64,000 nucleotides of DNA from Octopus sinensis (Eukaryota). The stretch is taken from positions 99,882,001-99,946,000 of the forward strand of contig NC_042997.1 in NCBI RefSeq assembly GCF_006345805.1. Reading direction: 5' to 3'. Positions 26,600 through 42,814 of this stretch are shown piece after piece (position 1 is the first letter of the stretch; the number at the start of each line of letters is the position of its first letter). The position numbers were made by a program, and so were the translations under genes. Under the pieces are notes generated by a model. That model saw only the letters and a list, made by a program, of their open reading frames with translations, had not been told where the DNA came from and ran no database searches.

Positions 26600-27260
26600 C
26601 CATCAACTAAGAGGCTTTCGCCCACTACTGTAAACTTGCAAAGCTACCAGTAGAGAGGTGGCAAAGATACCTTTTGTCTGTTCTCTCACATTTAAAATGT
26701 CAGCAATACTTATGGCTCTTTTTTTAAAGCATTGCTATCAAATTCGCAGAATCTTTCTACTCATCACTTGTTAACCAATATGGTTAACAGCATTCTTGCA
26801 GAAAAAAAAATTTTGCATGTTTGTTGCCTATTTTACCTCCAACTGCATACACATTTTAGAAAAATCCTCCAAAATTCTCCTTCTCTTCTGGTCTCTTTAA
26901 CACAACAAGATGAAAAATTCTAGACAGCGTCCCTTCTAAATTCTCAAACAGTATGTCCCAGGCCCTCACTCTTATCTTCACCAAACTGAATGTTAATGTG
27001 GAAACTCTGGGAGCAAAATGATGGAATGGAAAAATTCAGTAAAACACCAGACCTTTGTAGTGTAGTTGATGAACAAGTGAGCATTATGAATCTTTTTTTT
27101 TAAAAAAAGCCATTTAACTGACTGGCAAGACTTAATGGAGCAGCATGCTACCACCAGTATCTCACTAACATGTTCTCCTTCCACTTCATCTACACTTACT
27201 CTACAGGTCACAATTGGAGAGCTTTTAATCAAAGGCCTGCTTAACCAAACCTGAATTGGG
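26600..27260 (+). pseudogene. Highly decayed non-LTR (CR1/Jockey-like) RT C-terminal fragment
   Basis: NSILAEKKILHVCCLFY resembles the SLxHRRxVxxLCLFY motif. Confidence 0.35.
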
Positions 27261-27391
27261 GATAAACAACAACTATATCTCCTTCCTCATACTTTACAAT
27301 AAGCCTTTTACCTGAACTTTCATTCCAAGAACTATGATGCTAAAGAGATCTTTGCTCACATATTTTCTACAGAGTATTTTCATTATGCATG

Positions 27392-27425
<34 letters not shown>

Positions 27426-27734
27426 CTTGCATGCGTGTGTCATAACTTCTCTTTTTTTCTATGCAAGGTCTACTTGTTTTCGCTTTCAGGCATATTGATG
27501 TGACTGAGAAATCATTTCAATAACTGCTGCTCCATCTGATATCGACAGCCAATTACCATTAGCTGGATGATGAAGGCCTCATTTTCCTGCATTAGGAGAC
27601 TGATGATGGGGAGGGGAACTGAATTTGAAATCAGAAAGCAAAGCACTGGAATGGATAAATAACATAAAGCATCTCATCTGACACTGAAACAACTGCACCA
27701 ATCCACCAATTTGAACTGTTAATTAATGTATTTC

Positions 27735-27964
27735 TTTCTTTATTACCCACAAGGGGCTAAACATAGAGGGGACAAACAAGGACAGACAAACGGATTAAGT
27801 CGATTATATCGACCCCAGTGCGTAACTGGTACTTAATTTATCGACCCCGAAAGGATGAAAGACAAAGTGGACCTCAGCGGAATTTGAACTCAGAATGTAA
27901 CGGCAGACGAAATACGGCTACGCATTTCGCCTGGCGTGCTAACATTTCTGCTAGCTCACCGCCT
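27735..27964 (-). mobile_element. SINE family B2, young copy
   Basis: CpGs retained; matches the other B2 copies. Confidence 0.85.
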
Positions 27965-28650
27965 AATTAATTAATGTATTGACCCCAAAAAATAAAAGGC
28001 AAAACTGACTACACCAGGACTTGAACACAAGATGCAGAAAGCCAAATGAAAGATTGCAAGGCATTCTATCCGCTGCTCTAATGATTCCACCTATTTCCCA
28101 CCTCCCTTCTTTCTACAAATTGTAAACTTAAAAAATTCAAACTGAATGTCAATCACCTTGACCATGCCAGTCATGGAAAATACACTAAGGCAATGACACA
28201 GTCTCTGTCTTCGTCAGATTCTAAATGTTGAGAAATAAAATAAAGAAATACAAAAAAAAAATATGGTCCAACTCATGAAATCATAACTTAAAGCAAGTTA
28301 TCAGCTACTGATTCATCCAGGCACCCAGCTAGTTGACAAGTCAGTCAGCTTTTCCATCCCGCTATATGTGGAAGTACACACACTGGCTAACCAGCTTGAT
28401 GAGCACTGACATGCTGTGTGCCTACAGAGAGAGAAATCAGTTTGGCTGTACTTAAAAAGTAGTTTATAAGTATGTAGAAACACACAGACACTCACACACG
28501 CATATGCATGGAAGAAACACGAAACATGACAAAACTAACATGACTATTTAAAGAATGAAGATGAACAATAATAAAGAGATAGGCCAGGAGGTGGGGAATA
28601 GGAGAGAGGGAGAGAAAGGAAAATAACACAAATGGTTTTCATTTTTTCAT

Positions 28651-29046
28651 TTCCTTTACTTGTTTCAGTCATTTGACTGTGGCCATGCTGGAGCACCGCC
28701 TTTAGTCGAGGAAATCGACCCCAGGACTTATTCTTTGTAAGCCTAGTACTTATTCTATCAGTCTCTTTTGCCGAACCGCTAAGTTACGGGGACGTAAACA
28801 CACCAGCATCGGTTGTCAAGCAATGCTAGGGGGACAAACACAGACACACAAACATACACATATATATATATATACAAATATACGACAGGCTTCTTTCAGT
28901 TTCCATCTACCAAATCCACTCACAAGGCTTTGGTCGGCCCGAGGCTATAGCAGAAGACACTTGCCCAAGGTGCCACGCAGTGGGACTGAATCCGGAACCA
29001 TGTGGTTCGTAAGCAAGCTACTTACCACACAGCCACTCCTACGCCT
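28651..29046 (-). mobile_element. SINE family A, young copy
   Basis: Full length, many CpGs retained. Confidence 0.9.
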
Positions 29047-29073
29047 ATGGTGTGGATTGAATGTTTGTAAGTA

Positions 29074-29110
<37 letters not shown>

Positions 29111-29800
29111 ATATGCTTCTATCAATGTTTGTACTTAAGTATTTGTATTTAAGTGTGCACAAAAGGGAGGGAAATTGTTACCGAGAAATCACTTACATAA
29201 GATACCACATGTACACACACGCACTCTTTCCCCCTCTCCCTAATACAACATCTACAACTTTTTGTACACATAAGCACACAAGCTTTTCATTGGCAATGAG
29301 TGATCTGACCAAACTGTGAAAAGACCAGCTGGTGCATTTGCATCACTGGTCATCCTTGTGGCCAACGTGTAGCAGCAAGACATGGCTGCTAAATGTTAAG
29401 CAACAATCTAAAGACAGCAGCTTCAAGTTCCAGGACTAATGTTGGTACTGTACAGTGTTGATGGTTGGCTATGGTTGGCCAACGAGTCTGATGTATAAGT
29501 CCTAGAACAAGTGGGCAACCTACAAGCCTGCTAATCACTGTGCACTAGTAAAAATTAATACATTTTGGCCATATGTGCTACCAGCCATTCAACAGTCTCA
29601 ACAATCTGTCATGCCTGATGCTATTCCAAGTAAGTGTCAGTATTAGGGCCCAGAACAGAAGAAACTCGATAATATAAAGCAGAAGATAGGCAATCAACCT
29701 ATACACCACTTGCTGGTAACTGCCCCAAACCAGTTACAGTATTGAGTATTTAAGTTCATTAAGTTAATGGTATGAGAAGAAAATATATATACAAACATAC

Positions 29801-30040
29801 AGGCGTAGGAGTGGCTATGTGGTAGTAGCTTGCTTACCAACCACATGGTTCTGGGTTCAGTCCCACTGCGTGGCACCTTGGGCAAGTGTCTTCTACAATA
29901 ACTTAGCGGTTCAGCAAAAGAGACCGACAGCATAAGTACTAGGTTTACAAAAAATAAGTCCTGTGGTCAATTTGCTCGACTGAAGGCGGTGCTCAAGTAT
30001 GGCCGCAGTCAAATGACTGAAACAAGTAAAAGAATAAAAG
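29801..30040 (+). mobile_element. SINE family A with an internal deletion
   Basis: The head joins the 3' half directly at ttctaca|ataacttagcgg. Confidence 0.8.
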
Positions 30041-30189
30041 ATTAAAGAAAAGAAAGAGGTGAAATGACAAAGGACCAAGATACCTGGCACCTGGCCTTAT
30101 TCAAGAAGACCCTAACCCCACAGCAGATGTGCTAAGACTAATCATTCTGGTGGTGTAAAGTACTCATAGTGGTCCCGCATAAAAGCAGC

Positions 30190-30452
30190 TGGTCACAAAA
30201 AACGCCTGTGCTGCAACACATAAAAGCACCCATGTGGTGACACATAGAAGCACCTGTGTGGTGCCACATAAAAGTACATCTGCAGTTACACATAAAGGTG
30301 CCTGTGCAGTGACACACAAAAGTATCCACCCATAGAAACCACACCAATACAGACTAGAGTCTGGTGCAGCCCCCATCCACCAGCTTGCCGCTCTGGTCAC
30401 ACTGTCCAACCCATGCCAGCATGGACAATGGACGTTAAATGATGAAGATGAT
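30190..30452 (+). mobile_element. Family C copy with an about 24-bp x about 6 minisatellite
   Basis: Repeated cacataaaagcacc-like units followed by the C tail. Confidence 0.7.
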
Positions 30453-30462
30453 TATTTATATA

Positions 30463-32095
<1,633 letters not shown>

Positions 32096-32100
32096 ATATG

Positions 32101-32510
32101 GGCACAGGAGTGGCTGTGTGGTAAGTATCTTGCTTACCAACCACATGGTTCCAGGTTCATTCTCACTGCATGGCACCTTGAGCAAGTGTCTTCTACTATA
32201 GCCTCAGGCCAACCAAAGCCTTGTGAGTGGATTTGGTAGACGGAAACTGAAAGAAGCCCATTGTATATATGTATATATATATGTATGTGTGTGTATATGT
32301 TTGTGTGTCTGTGTTTGTTCCCCCAACATCGCTTGACAACCGATGGTGGTGTGTTTATATTCCCATAACTTAGTTATTCGGCAAAAGAAACTGATAGAAT
32401 AAATACTAGGCTTCCAAAGAATAAGTCCTGGGGGTCGATTTGCTTGACTAAAGGTGGTGCTCCAGCATGGCCACAGTCAAATAACTGAAACAAGTAACAG
32501 AGAAAAGAGA
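32101..32510 (+). mobile_element. SINE family A
   Basis: Full length; followed by an inverted A 5' half at 32528-32686. Confidence 0.9.
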
Positions 32511-32689
32511 AAGAGAATATATATACAACAGGCTTCTTTCAGTTTCCATCTTCCCAATCTACTCACAAGGCTTTGGTTGGCCCAAGGCTATAGAAGACAC
32601 TTGCCCAAGGTGCCACACAGTGGGACTGAAGCCAGAACTATGTAGTTGGTAAGCAAGCTTCTTACCACACAGCCATGCCTGTGCCTAGA

Positions 32690-32945
32690 CCCTCGACTGG
32701 CTCCTGTGCCAGTGACAAGTAAAAAGCCCCATCCAAATGTGGTCAATGCCGGTACCACCTGACTGGCTCCTATGCCAGAGGCACATAAAAAGCACCCACT
32801 ACACGCTTCAGAGTGACTGGCATTAGGAAGGGCATCCAGTTGTAGAAACCTTGCTAGATCGGCTTGGAGTTTGGTGCAGCCTACTGGCTGGCCAGTCCTC
32901 AGTCAAACCGTCCAACACATGCCAGCATGGAAAATAGATATTAAA
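32690..32945 (+). mobile_element. Family C retroposon
   Basis: C core and tail. Confidence 0.75.
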
Positions 32946-32997
32946 CAACACACACACACACACAGATATATATGTATGCATGCATATTTTGTATATA

Positions 32998-33056
32998 CAA
33001 GGGTGAATCTTAATGTAATGCAATATTTATCTGCATTACTTTTTGACTTACCCTTG
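32998..33056. mobile_element. 59-bp mariner-type mini-MITE
   Basis: TA|caagggtgaatc ... gacttacccttg|TA, with an internal gtaatgca/tgcattac hairpin. Confidence 0.65.
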
Positions 33057-33739
33057 TATATGTGAAGGTAAATCAAGAACTAAATAAAAAAAAAGCTGCA
33101 TTAACTTCTGACTGAACTTGTATATGCATTATATATGTATATGTATGTACATATCATATACACACACAGACACACAAGACACACTCACACATATATAGAT
33201 AGAGATAAACAGAGAGAGCAACAGAAACATACATATATGTATTATATATATTTTATATGTGTTTGTGTGTGTGTATGCATTTAACAGTTAGTTTGAGCGG
33301 GAATGAGAGAGAAAGATGCACACACACACACACAAAGTGTGTGATATGTGTCAATGAAGGAGTCAAGGTATTGTGTGTGATGTGATGTGTCAGTTTAAGA
33401 GCAAGGTCATCCATTGCATCTGTGTGCACGCATGTATGAATAAGCTTCTGTGTGGCTGTGTGTGTGTTTGTGTGTGTGTGAGTGAGTGTGTAAGAGTGGA
33501 AAATAAACATCTTTATTGTGTGTGCATGAACTTGCATTTGCATCTCTGCTTACAAAGTGTGTGTGTGTGTCTGTGTGTGTGCGTACACACGCGTGTGTGT
33601 GTGCGTACACACACGTGTGTGTGTGTGTAAGTGTGTTTGAGTATGTATGATGGGATGGGGTGATGGAGTAGGTGTTACAAGCAAAAGTTTCATGAAGAAA
33701 AGAGAAAGATTACAGAATTAAAAGTGGAGAGGAAAAAGA

Positions 33740-33867
<128 letters not shown>

Positions 33868-35015
33868 AAAAAGAAAGACCGAGTGTAAAGAAATAGGGAA
33901 AGTGAGCAAGTTGCATGTTATCTTTCTTAATGAATAATAAAAATGCTAACTGTTTTTGTCTTCCTATCTGCTCTGCTGCTCCTACCTCCATCTTCACCCA
34001 AACTATTAAGATTCCACAGTATTCTTATCTCACAAAGAATTTCTCTCTACCTGATTCCTCTCTTTTACTTCATCTATTTCTCAATTTATTTACTTTATTT
34101 TATTTTTGTTTTGTTTTTTGTTTTCTTTTGGGGGTTTTTTCTCAGTGTCTCTTTTCTTTAATGATTTTATTAACATTATCTTCCTTTCTTCATCACCACT
34201 ATCAACACCATGATTAGAAAAGAAGCCACTACATAGTTGCTTTGACATAAAAGAAACAGCAGCCAAATCTCCCTCTTATCATACCATACCATCATAAAAC
34301 AGGAACAGACTCTGGATAATGTACTCCTAGATACATTATGCCTGAAATATAGACAGAGTGGCCATAGCTGGAATGCCATTGATCACAACTGCTATTTCAG
34401 TTCTAACCTGGTGCTAAACAGCACCAATATTATTAAATCACTACTGCCATCATAATCATCATCATTATCAATACCATCACTCAATTATCACTATCATCAA
34501 CCATTGTTTTCTTACTGTCAAAGATTTTTTCTTCAATAATAACCTGGGTTGGGTACATTTGCATCGCACAATGTTTCATATCATCCTTAAGGTAAAAATT
34601 TTACAAATCTGACCGAAATACTTCCTGCTAGGTCTTCCTAGGGTTACTTCTATTATGTTTACCATCTATGAAAGTATACATCACTTTCAGCAGATTATTT
34701 TTTATTCTATATTGATTCAATAATTCAATCATTTGCATTAGATGTTCAATACCAGGACTCTCGTTTTTCCTGAATATATATGTCATTCATTTGATGAATA
34801 AAAGTTCTATGAAAGTATTACAATGTTTTGCTTGTACTGCAGACTACTTGCCCAAAATTTCACTAACAATCCTAGTAAACACCTAATCAGTACTGTCACA
34901 CCACTGAAGTATTTCTTTAATTTTAATTCAAATTAACTTCTGTCTTATTCCACAGCAATAATCCAAATCCTTCCACTTACTTGCCCCTTGCTTTATATAT
35001 TCCAGCAGATCTTGC

Positions 35016-35246
35016 TTAACTCTTTAGCATTTAAACCAGCTATATCCAGCCCAAATATCCTAACTGTTTTTTTGTTCAAACCAGCTAGATTAATCTTTTC
35101 ACACCTACCTTACACAGTCATTCTAAAAGTAAACCATCACATCATTAAAACCTCAAAGCTACAGGATTAATGTTTGATTAATTCAAAACAATGTGAATAA
35201 ACATATGTTACATCTGACAGAGCAATCTGAATGCTAAAGAGTTCAA
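35016..35246. mobile_element. piggyBac-like TTAA MITE (same family as 43190-43417 and 46317-46545)
   Basis: ttaactctttagcatt ... aatgctaaagagtt ends. Confidence 0.75.
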
Positions 35247-35813
35247 CTGCAGTTGAACCCTGTTGGATAAATCCATGTTTCCTTCAGCTTGAATATTTTC
35301 TTCTATAAGTTAGTCAAACAAAGAGAAGTAGTGCCCATCACTTTTGCAGATTTGGTTGTGAAGTTAAAAAGTTTGTTCTGTAATCACATTGTTCAAGTTC
35401 AATCACTTTGAATGCATGACACACTGAGCAAGTGTCTTTTATTTTGGTATTCTATTTCTTCTCTATTTAAGGTCTGGACCAAAGTAGACCCCAAACAATT
35501 TACTCATACTCCTCATCCAGTAACAAACCGCTGGCATATTGACTTGTTCTGATTAATCCATGCTCCTGTTGCCACTTCATATTATTCCAGTTGGTGCAGA
35601 ACATCTTGGTTTCTGAGATGTCTAACACAACTTTGTATGTCCCAGTTTGAGCAAGCAGTAATACCCACATGCAGTGGAAATATCTCAGATAATTTTGGTA
35701 GCATTGCACAAGTTTGTGTGGATAAAATGACACACAAAGAACAAACAATGATCTCTCACCTATGATTTTGGCCCAAATCTTTAGCTGTTATAGAGTTAAA
35801 ATCATTAACTACG

Positions 35814-36146
35814 AACCACATGGTTCCAGGTTCAGTCCCACTGCATGGCACCTTGGGAAAGTGTCTTCTACTATAGCCTCGGGCCAACCAAAGCCTTGTG
35901 AGTGGATTTGGTAGACGGAAACTGAAAGAAGCCCATTGTATATATGTATGTGTGTGTGTGTGTGTGTTTGTCCCCCCAACATCCCTTGACAACCGATGCT
36001 GGTGTATTTACGTCCCGGCAAAAGAGACCGATAGAATGGGTGCTGGGCTTACAAAGAATGAGTTCTGGGGTTGATTTGCTCGACTAAAGATGGTGCTCCA
36101 GCATGGCCACAATCAAATGACTGAAACAAGTAAAAGAGTTAAAGAG
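35814..36146 (+). mobile_element. SINE family A
   Basis: Match to the other A copies. Confidence 0.8.
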
Positions 36147-36389
36147 AATGGGTTTAAAATCATTGAGTCACCAGAACCAGATGATCTACTCTATAAGATT
36201 TATTAGAACATATATGTGGCTTGCATTCATCATCAGCAAAGGTCATCAGCTCAAATAGCAGGTGTGTATGTAGTCTTCTAGTAGCTGCAGTATACTTCAA
36301 CTAAAACAGCAACAAATACATGTGGCCATTATAGAGCTAACCAACAGCCCTGATGGTTTCTCTTTTGTACAGCCACTCAGTGCTTCCCA

Positions 36390-37130
36390 TATTTCAGGCA
36401 CAGTTTTACACAATACACGGCAGTTCATCTTTCCTACTAAGCATTTCAAGAAATTATCAAGGTAGGATTTAAAGTTCACCAGCTCCAGTTTACCTCTACC
36501 TCAAAATAAGGAACAGATCATCAAAGCACTTTTGAAAATGGTACGCATCTACTTGGAATCAGATGCTATATATACATTCAAATATGTCAAAGACTGTATA
36601 ATGATTTTGTTATCACATTACATCTCTGGCATCAAATAGATTTTGTATCTTTGAGTCTTATAATACAAACAATGTTACCTTCCTATTTAGCATAAAAAAA
36701 GATGGTCACATCCCATTCTCACTACCAGCATGTGGTTGCAATGACTTTCTCACAATCATCTTCAAATCTTAAATTTTCTAAAATTGAATTCTTTAGTATA
36801 AGTGTTTCTCCTTTAATTTCCTGTTTAACTTCTACTATATACAATATTTAATATCTTCTATCAAATTCCTTTTAACTAGTTCACAAATCTAATCAGTGTA
36901 GGTTTTTCTGTACTGGAAATTAGCAGGCCAGCTTCCAGTACTTTGGCCCTGTCTAGAAATCTTATGACCACACAGATCACAAAGCAATCAACTGGCTAAT
37001 AACATGAACACTCTACAGTATTCCTATCCTCCAATCTGATATTTTATCTGAATATGACACTGCAATTTCTTCTAATCAATGCTGGTATATTCAGAAAATC
37101 ATTCAATATCTATTAAAATCTTACTTGTCA
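36390..37130 (-). pseudogene. Decayed CR1/L2-like LINE RT fragment
   Basis: FKSYLDNFL matches the CR1-type C-terminal FKxxLDxFL motif; the rest is heavily eroded. Confidence 0.4.
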
Positions 37131-39249
37131 GAACAGACTTAACTCTTTTGATACTAACCCATCTGACACAACCATTGGCTCAATGACAGAAACTTATTTT
37201 GTTGAAGTGATCTATATTAAAAATTCCATTCAAAATTCTTCATTATTTTCAAAGTTAACTGAAACAAAGGCAATATATTTCAACAAAAATATAGTTAAAA
37301 AAAGGGGGATAAGAGGATTTTACATCCAGCCCGCCAAACAACCCCATCATGCAATTAAGATACCATTCCAATCAACTACTTACACATTAGGATGAGTGAG
37401 ATGTCTCCAAATGTCTGAAGAAATCCATCTAATCCTTATCAAGAGTTAAACAGCCACTAGTCTCAGGACATGCCTGTAACTGCTACTTATATTGAAGTCC
37501 ACTGATTTTACCATGTTTAAGCCTTTCTGAAACAAGATTACGATTCCATACAACCACACCAACCAAATGAGTCACTATATAGTGTATAGATTCTAATGTT
37601 CTATACAGATTCATTTCACTGTATCTTTATTTGTGACTGTGTGCCAATAAGGACAGCAAAAAAAAAAAAACCTTCCATTGTCATCACCATCATCTTTTAA
37701 TACAATTAATTTAATTATCATTGCTAAAACTCAAATAGTGTGTAATAGTAAAGAGAGAATATTGGCATCATCTTTATTCTTATCTTCTCTGAATATCTGT
37801 AATATTGGTTAGCCCCTGACTAAGACCTCTTAGAAAATATAGCATCGACAAGCATTAAAAACCAAAACAAATAAAGTAAAATGATTTCAACAGAAAGAGA
37901 AAGAAAAAAAATGAAAGAAAACAAGAAAGCGAATAACAAACAAAAAAATGCAAAGAAATCCAAGGAATGCAGACAAAAATAATGAGACCAGATGGGGAGT
38001 GGGGTGGCTGAGAGCCATTCATTAATAGCTTTGCTTGTTTGCTTCATAAATGAAGAGATGCAAATGTAGTGAAAAGAGAAAAATAAACTACGATTTGATA
38101 CAGAAACAACTGTTGTTTGCACTCACACTTTTCCATTCATCGCCACCTCGACCCACTCCACCCCACCACCCCACTTTTTTTTTTTAATTTTGTCTTGTTC
38201 TCAAGCAGAGCAACTGCTTTTATTGCAACTTCTATAGCAAAGGTGAGCTGTTTACAAAGTTGTTTTCAAGGAATCGGTAACTATTCATCACACACATGCT
38301 GAATGTTAGCACAACAGGTTTTCAACAAGCTATATAACGATACATCACTATCATCATCATCATCAACATCATTACCATCATCATAATTATCATCACCATT
38401 GTCATCATACAATCCATGCTACCAAGGATTGGACAGGACTTATTTGAGGCGGTCTTCTATGACTAGATGCCCTTACTTGTTTTGCAAATAAGCTACCTTA
38501 TACCATGCCATGTTTTCATGTGCCAAACCATGGAGCTAACAGATCTTTGTTTATGTGCAACATAGAAAAGAACATCATCTTCATCATCATCATCACTGTC
38601 AAAGTAGTGTCAATGTGAAGATACATGGAGACAAACATACACATACACTCACATGAATACAAACATATGCATCTACACACACAAACACACACATACATGC
38701 ATACATATATAAATATATGTATACAAACTTCTATATAGCTTCTATCTTCCAAATCTCATTCACACAGCATAAGTGAATCTGAAGAGCTGAAGCAGAAAAC
38801 ATTTATTGAGTGTACCACACAGCAGGATTGAACCATTTTTTCACTGTCCCTGAGGGAGGGCCTTCCTCTACCAGGTCTTGCTGGTTTTGGATTGCCATCA
38901 ATGCTTCAGTAACTTTGATGTTTTTTCTAAGTAGGGCTGCAAACCCATTTTTACTTTTAGTAGGAAATGGTCCATATTTATTTGGTCTCTATCCTTTGAC
39001 CTGTCCAACATGGGAGACCCTCAAAGGAGCTTGCACTTGACTGACATAGCTTTCAGGTTCACTGTGGCACTCAAGCACCCATACTGCAACAAAAACTGGA
39101 CCTCGTTGTGGAGAGGTCTGACAAAATATATATATATATATGACAAAGGACTGAGATATCTGGTACCTTACTGTACTCAAGAAGACCTGTTCTCCACAGC
39201 AGAATTGGTAATGCCGTCCCCTCTGATGAAGAGGATTGGCCTCCAAGAG

Positions 39250-39472
39250 CCTTGTGCTGGTGCCACATAAAATCACTCACGCTGGCACCACATAAAAGGC
39301 ACCCAACACACTCTGTAAAGTGGTTGGCATCAGAAAGGGCACCCAGCTGTAGGAACCAAGCCAAATCAGACTGGAACCTGGTGCAGCTCTCCTGCTTGCC
39401 AACTCTGGTCAAACTCTCCAGCCCATGCCAGCATGGAAAACCGGACATTAAATGAAGATGATGGCGATGATG
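39250..39472 (+). mobile_element. Family C retroposon
   Basis: C core and (GAT)n tail. Confidence 0.8.
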
Positions 39473-40021
39473 AGAATATATATATTACAAGCATACATTT
39501 GTAAATATATCTGTATAAACATGTACACTTGTTACGTCACGGCCTGTCAACACACTGACATTATTTCCACTCACTGGATCCGTAACATTGATTACTTGGT
39601 AGTGAAGCATTGCATCTTTATTGCATAAGGTTCCAGAGCGAAAAACAAAGAATGACTTGTGTTTTAATTTCTCTCTTTATTTATTTAGCATCCACTTTTT
39701 AATAGTAACATAATTAGAACTAGTACTCTCTCACTATACTCTGGAAAGCATACACAAACAAATAGATGGAAAAATGAGAAATGAATGCTTCTATATATGA
39801 ACCATGCCAAAACTGCCTCCCTTTAACAGAAAAAGAAAGAAAAAAAACACTGCTAAACAAGGTTGTTGCATTTCTCTTTAAGTGACAGTCAGTACATTTG
39901 CTTGGAACATGCTGTCTGCCAAATCTATGAAACTCTTGTGTAATAATTGTTTTGGTGTATTTTTCTCCTTTTTTTTTTAGTTTCATTCTTATCTTTATCA
40001 TCATGATCATCATGATCATCA

Positions 40022-40061
<40 letters not shown>

Positions 40062-40195
40062 TACTTTTTCCCTGTTAACTGTTAATCTCATCATCGGAGG
40101 GGGTTTTATTAAATAAACTGTGTCTCAGCTGATGAGATCACCAGCCATCTCCAGATACCACACACACACTCTCTCACACACACACAAACTCACAG

Positions 40196-40254
<59 letters not shown>

Positions 40255-40518
40255 CGCACACACACACATGCAGATTGATACATGTACAAAGAAACAGACA
40301 TAGCTGTATATGAAGAGACATAGCTATATATGCTTAAATGTGAATAGATGTGTGCATGCGTGTCTTAATTTGTGCACACGTGTACAAATATTGGACACGT
40401 ATGTACAGATTAACGTACATTATATATAGATATAAATTTATGCATATTTTACACACACATATATGTGTGTGTGTGTATATATATATATACATACACACAT
40501 ACAAGTATTTATGCATAT

Positions 40519-40581
<63 letters not shown>

Positions 40582-40731
40582 GGAAAACGAATGTTAAACG
40601 ATGATGATGATATATATATATATATATATATATATACTATATACACATGTATGTATACACATATATCATAAACATATGTGCACATACACATATGTATAAC
40701 ATACAAGCAAATTTTATATATACATGTATGT

Positions 40732-40771
<40 letters not shown>

Positions 40772-40921
40772 CACACATATATACACACAAGTACACACAC
40801 TTTTACATACAAAAATACATACACACACACACATAAAGGGGGTGCGTAAAACATGTATTTATCTACGTTTACATCACAAACACAAAGAAATCTTCGGTAC
40901 AAACTGCCAGTCAAATTCACA

Positions 40922-40979
<58 letters not shown>

Positions 40980-41485
40980 TTTACACTAACACTGCACATG
41001 TAACATATCTCAAAATATCAAGAACACAAGAAACACACGATTGAACAGGGACCTCTTTGTTGTCAACTGCTGTGTACAACATCTTTACCCACTATATCAC
41101 CTTCCCCAGGGACAGTTAAGGTGGCAATACAACCACTGAACCAACGTCTGGACCTAGGCTTCATAAGTAAGATTCAATGCCAACAGCATACAATCAGCTG
41201 CTTTGATCTTGTGTAGCGTTCAATGTGGATTCGTGTTAGACATGGTAACGTCATTATATAACATTAGGTGATGTCCCTTAGCGCTCCATGAGGCCTCTAC
41301 TGGTGTGGTTTTGAAGTATATAACCCTTGACCAAAGCTGTTCAGACAAGGGATTAAGGGGATTTGCTGTAACTTTTCTTTTCAACCTTCCTTTAACTGTG
41401 TGGCAATGTTGTGTGTGTGTGTGTCTGTCTGTCTGTTTGTCTGTGTGTGTCAGTGTATGTATATACACACATGTGTGTGCATACT

Positions 41486-41567
<82 letters not shown>

Positions 41568-41749
41568 TCATCATCATGTATATATAAGTATATATGTACA
41601 TTTATAAATGTAGATATATATGTGTATACATACAGACTTATATACATACATGTGTGTGTATATGCAAACACATGCACACACATATAGATAATATCTGTAT
41701 GTATGGGTGTGTATATGTATGTAAGTATGTATGTATATATATATATGAG

Positions 41750-42090
41750 TGTGATCGTTACCAGCATCGCCTTACTGGCACTTGAACAAAACATTCAAGC
41801 GAGGTCGTTGCCAGTGCCACAGGACTGACTCCTATGCAGGTGGCACGTAAAAAATACCATTTGTGCGTGGCCATTGCCAGTACCGCCAGACTGACCCTCA
41901 TGCCAGTGGCACATAAAAGCACCCACTACACTCTCAGAGTGGTTGGCATTAGGAAGGGCATCCAACTGTAGAAACTCTGCCAGATCAGATTGGAGCCTGG
42001 TGCAGCCATCTGGTTCGCCAGTCCTCAGTCAAATCATCTAATCCATGCTAGTATGGAAAGCGGATGTTAAATGATAATGATGATAATGAT
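41750..42090 (+). mobile_element. Family C retroposon with about 60-bp internal repeats
   Basis: C core and tail; repeated gccagtgcc...gact...gtggcac units. Confidence 0.8.
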
Positions 42091-42091
42091 A

Positions 42092-42252
42092 TATAGCAGA
42101 AACAATGGATACTGAAGATAAAGTATACTAGAAACTTTATTTATCAAAACGATCGTTTCAACACATCCTGCATTGCAGGATGTCAAAACAATTGTTGTGA
42201 TAAATAAAGTTTCCAGTATACTCTATCTTCCATTTCCATTGTTTCTACTATA
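42092..42252. repeat. About 80-bp-arm imperfect palindrome, axis at 42173
   Basis: catcctgca-t-tgcagga centre; the arms pair out to tagcagaaacaatgg / ccattgtttctacta. Confidence 0.9.
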
Positions 42253-42814
42253 TTCAACATGCACTAAGGAATTCCTAATATAGATCCAACAACAATTGTG
42301 CAATTACCTTTGATGACGTCATGTAGCCATAAGCAGTGAACATGCTTTGTCGGCATACTACTAGGGACATACCCAACAAGCAAAGTTTAAATTTTAAATT
42401 TAAATTGAAACTTTAATTTTAACTTACTATATATATATATATATATCATCATTTAACATTTGCTCTCCATGCTGGCATGGGTATATACATACACACACAC
42501 ACATTCACATTCACATTCACATTCATATTACTCATGTATAAATGGGAGCAGACATGGTTGAGTGGTTAAGAAGCTCATTTCACAGTTATGAGGCCCCAAG
42601 TTTGATCCCACTGCATGCAACTCTTGTACTGTGAATGAATTTGAGTAGAAAGAACTGTGCAGTATCCCATCAAATGGACTGTGCTTGTAATTAAAAAAAT
42701 CCAGCCATGTCACACTGCACCATGTCAAATCTGCTTGATTATAACATGTACACATGAGATACTCAGCCACTTCATAGACTAATTTGATTATTAGGTCATC
42801 CAGTTGATCAAGTA

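Noticed and set aside
35500-35760. 82-aa minus ORF; VRDHC motif in another frame
   Set aside because: No convincing family match, and the alternative frame has stops.
39222-39260. CUGAUGA followed by a GAGG/CCUC hairpin
   Set aside because: No GAAA after the stem and no stem I or III.
40065-40140. MMRLTVNREK|GTAATA minus-strand mini-exon and a nearby CUGAUGA
   Set aside because: The donor is weak and lies at the edge of an (AAT)n tract; the CUGAUGA has no GAAA partner.
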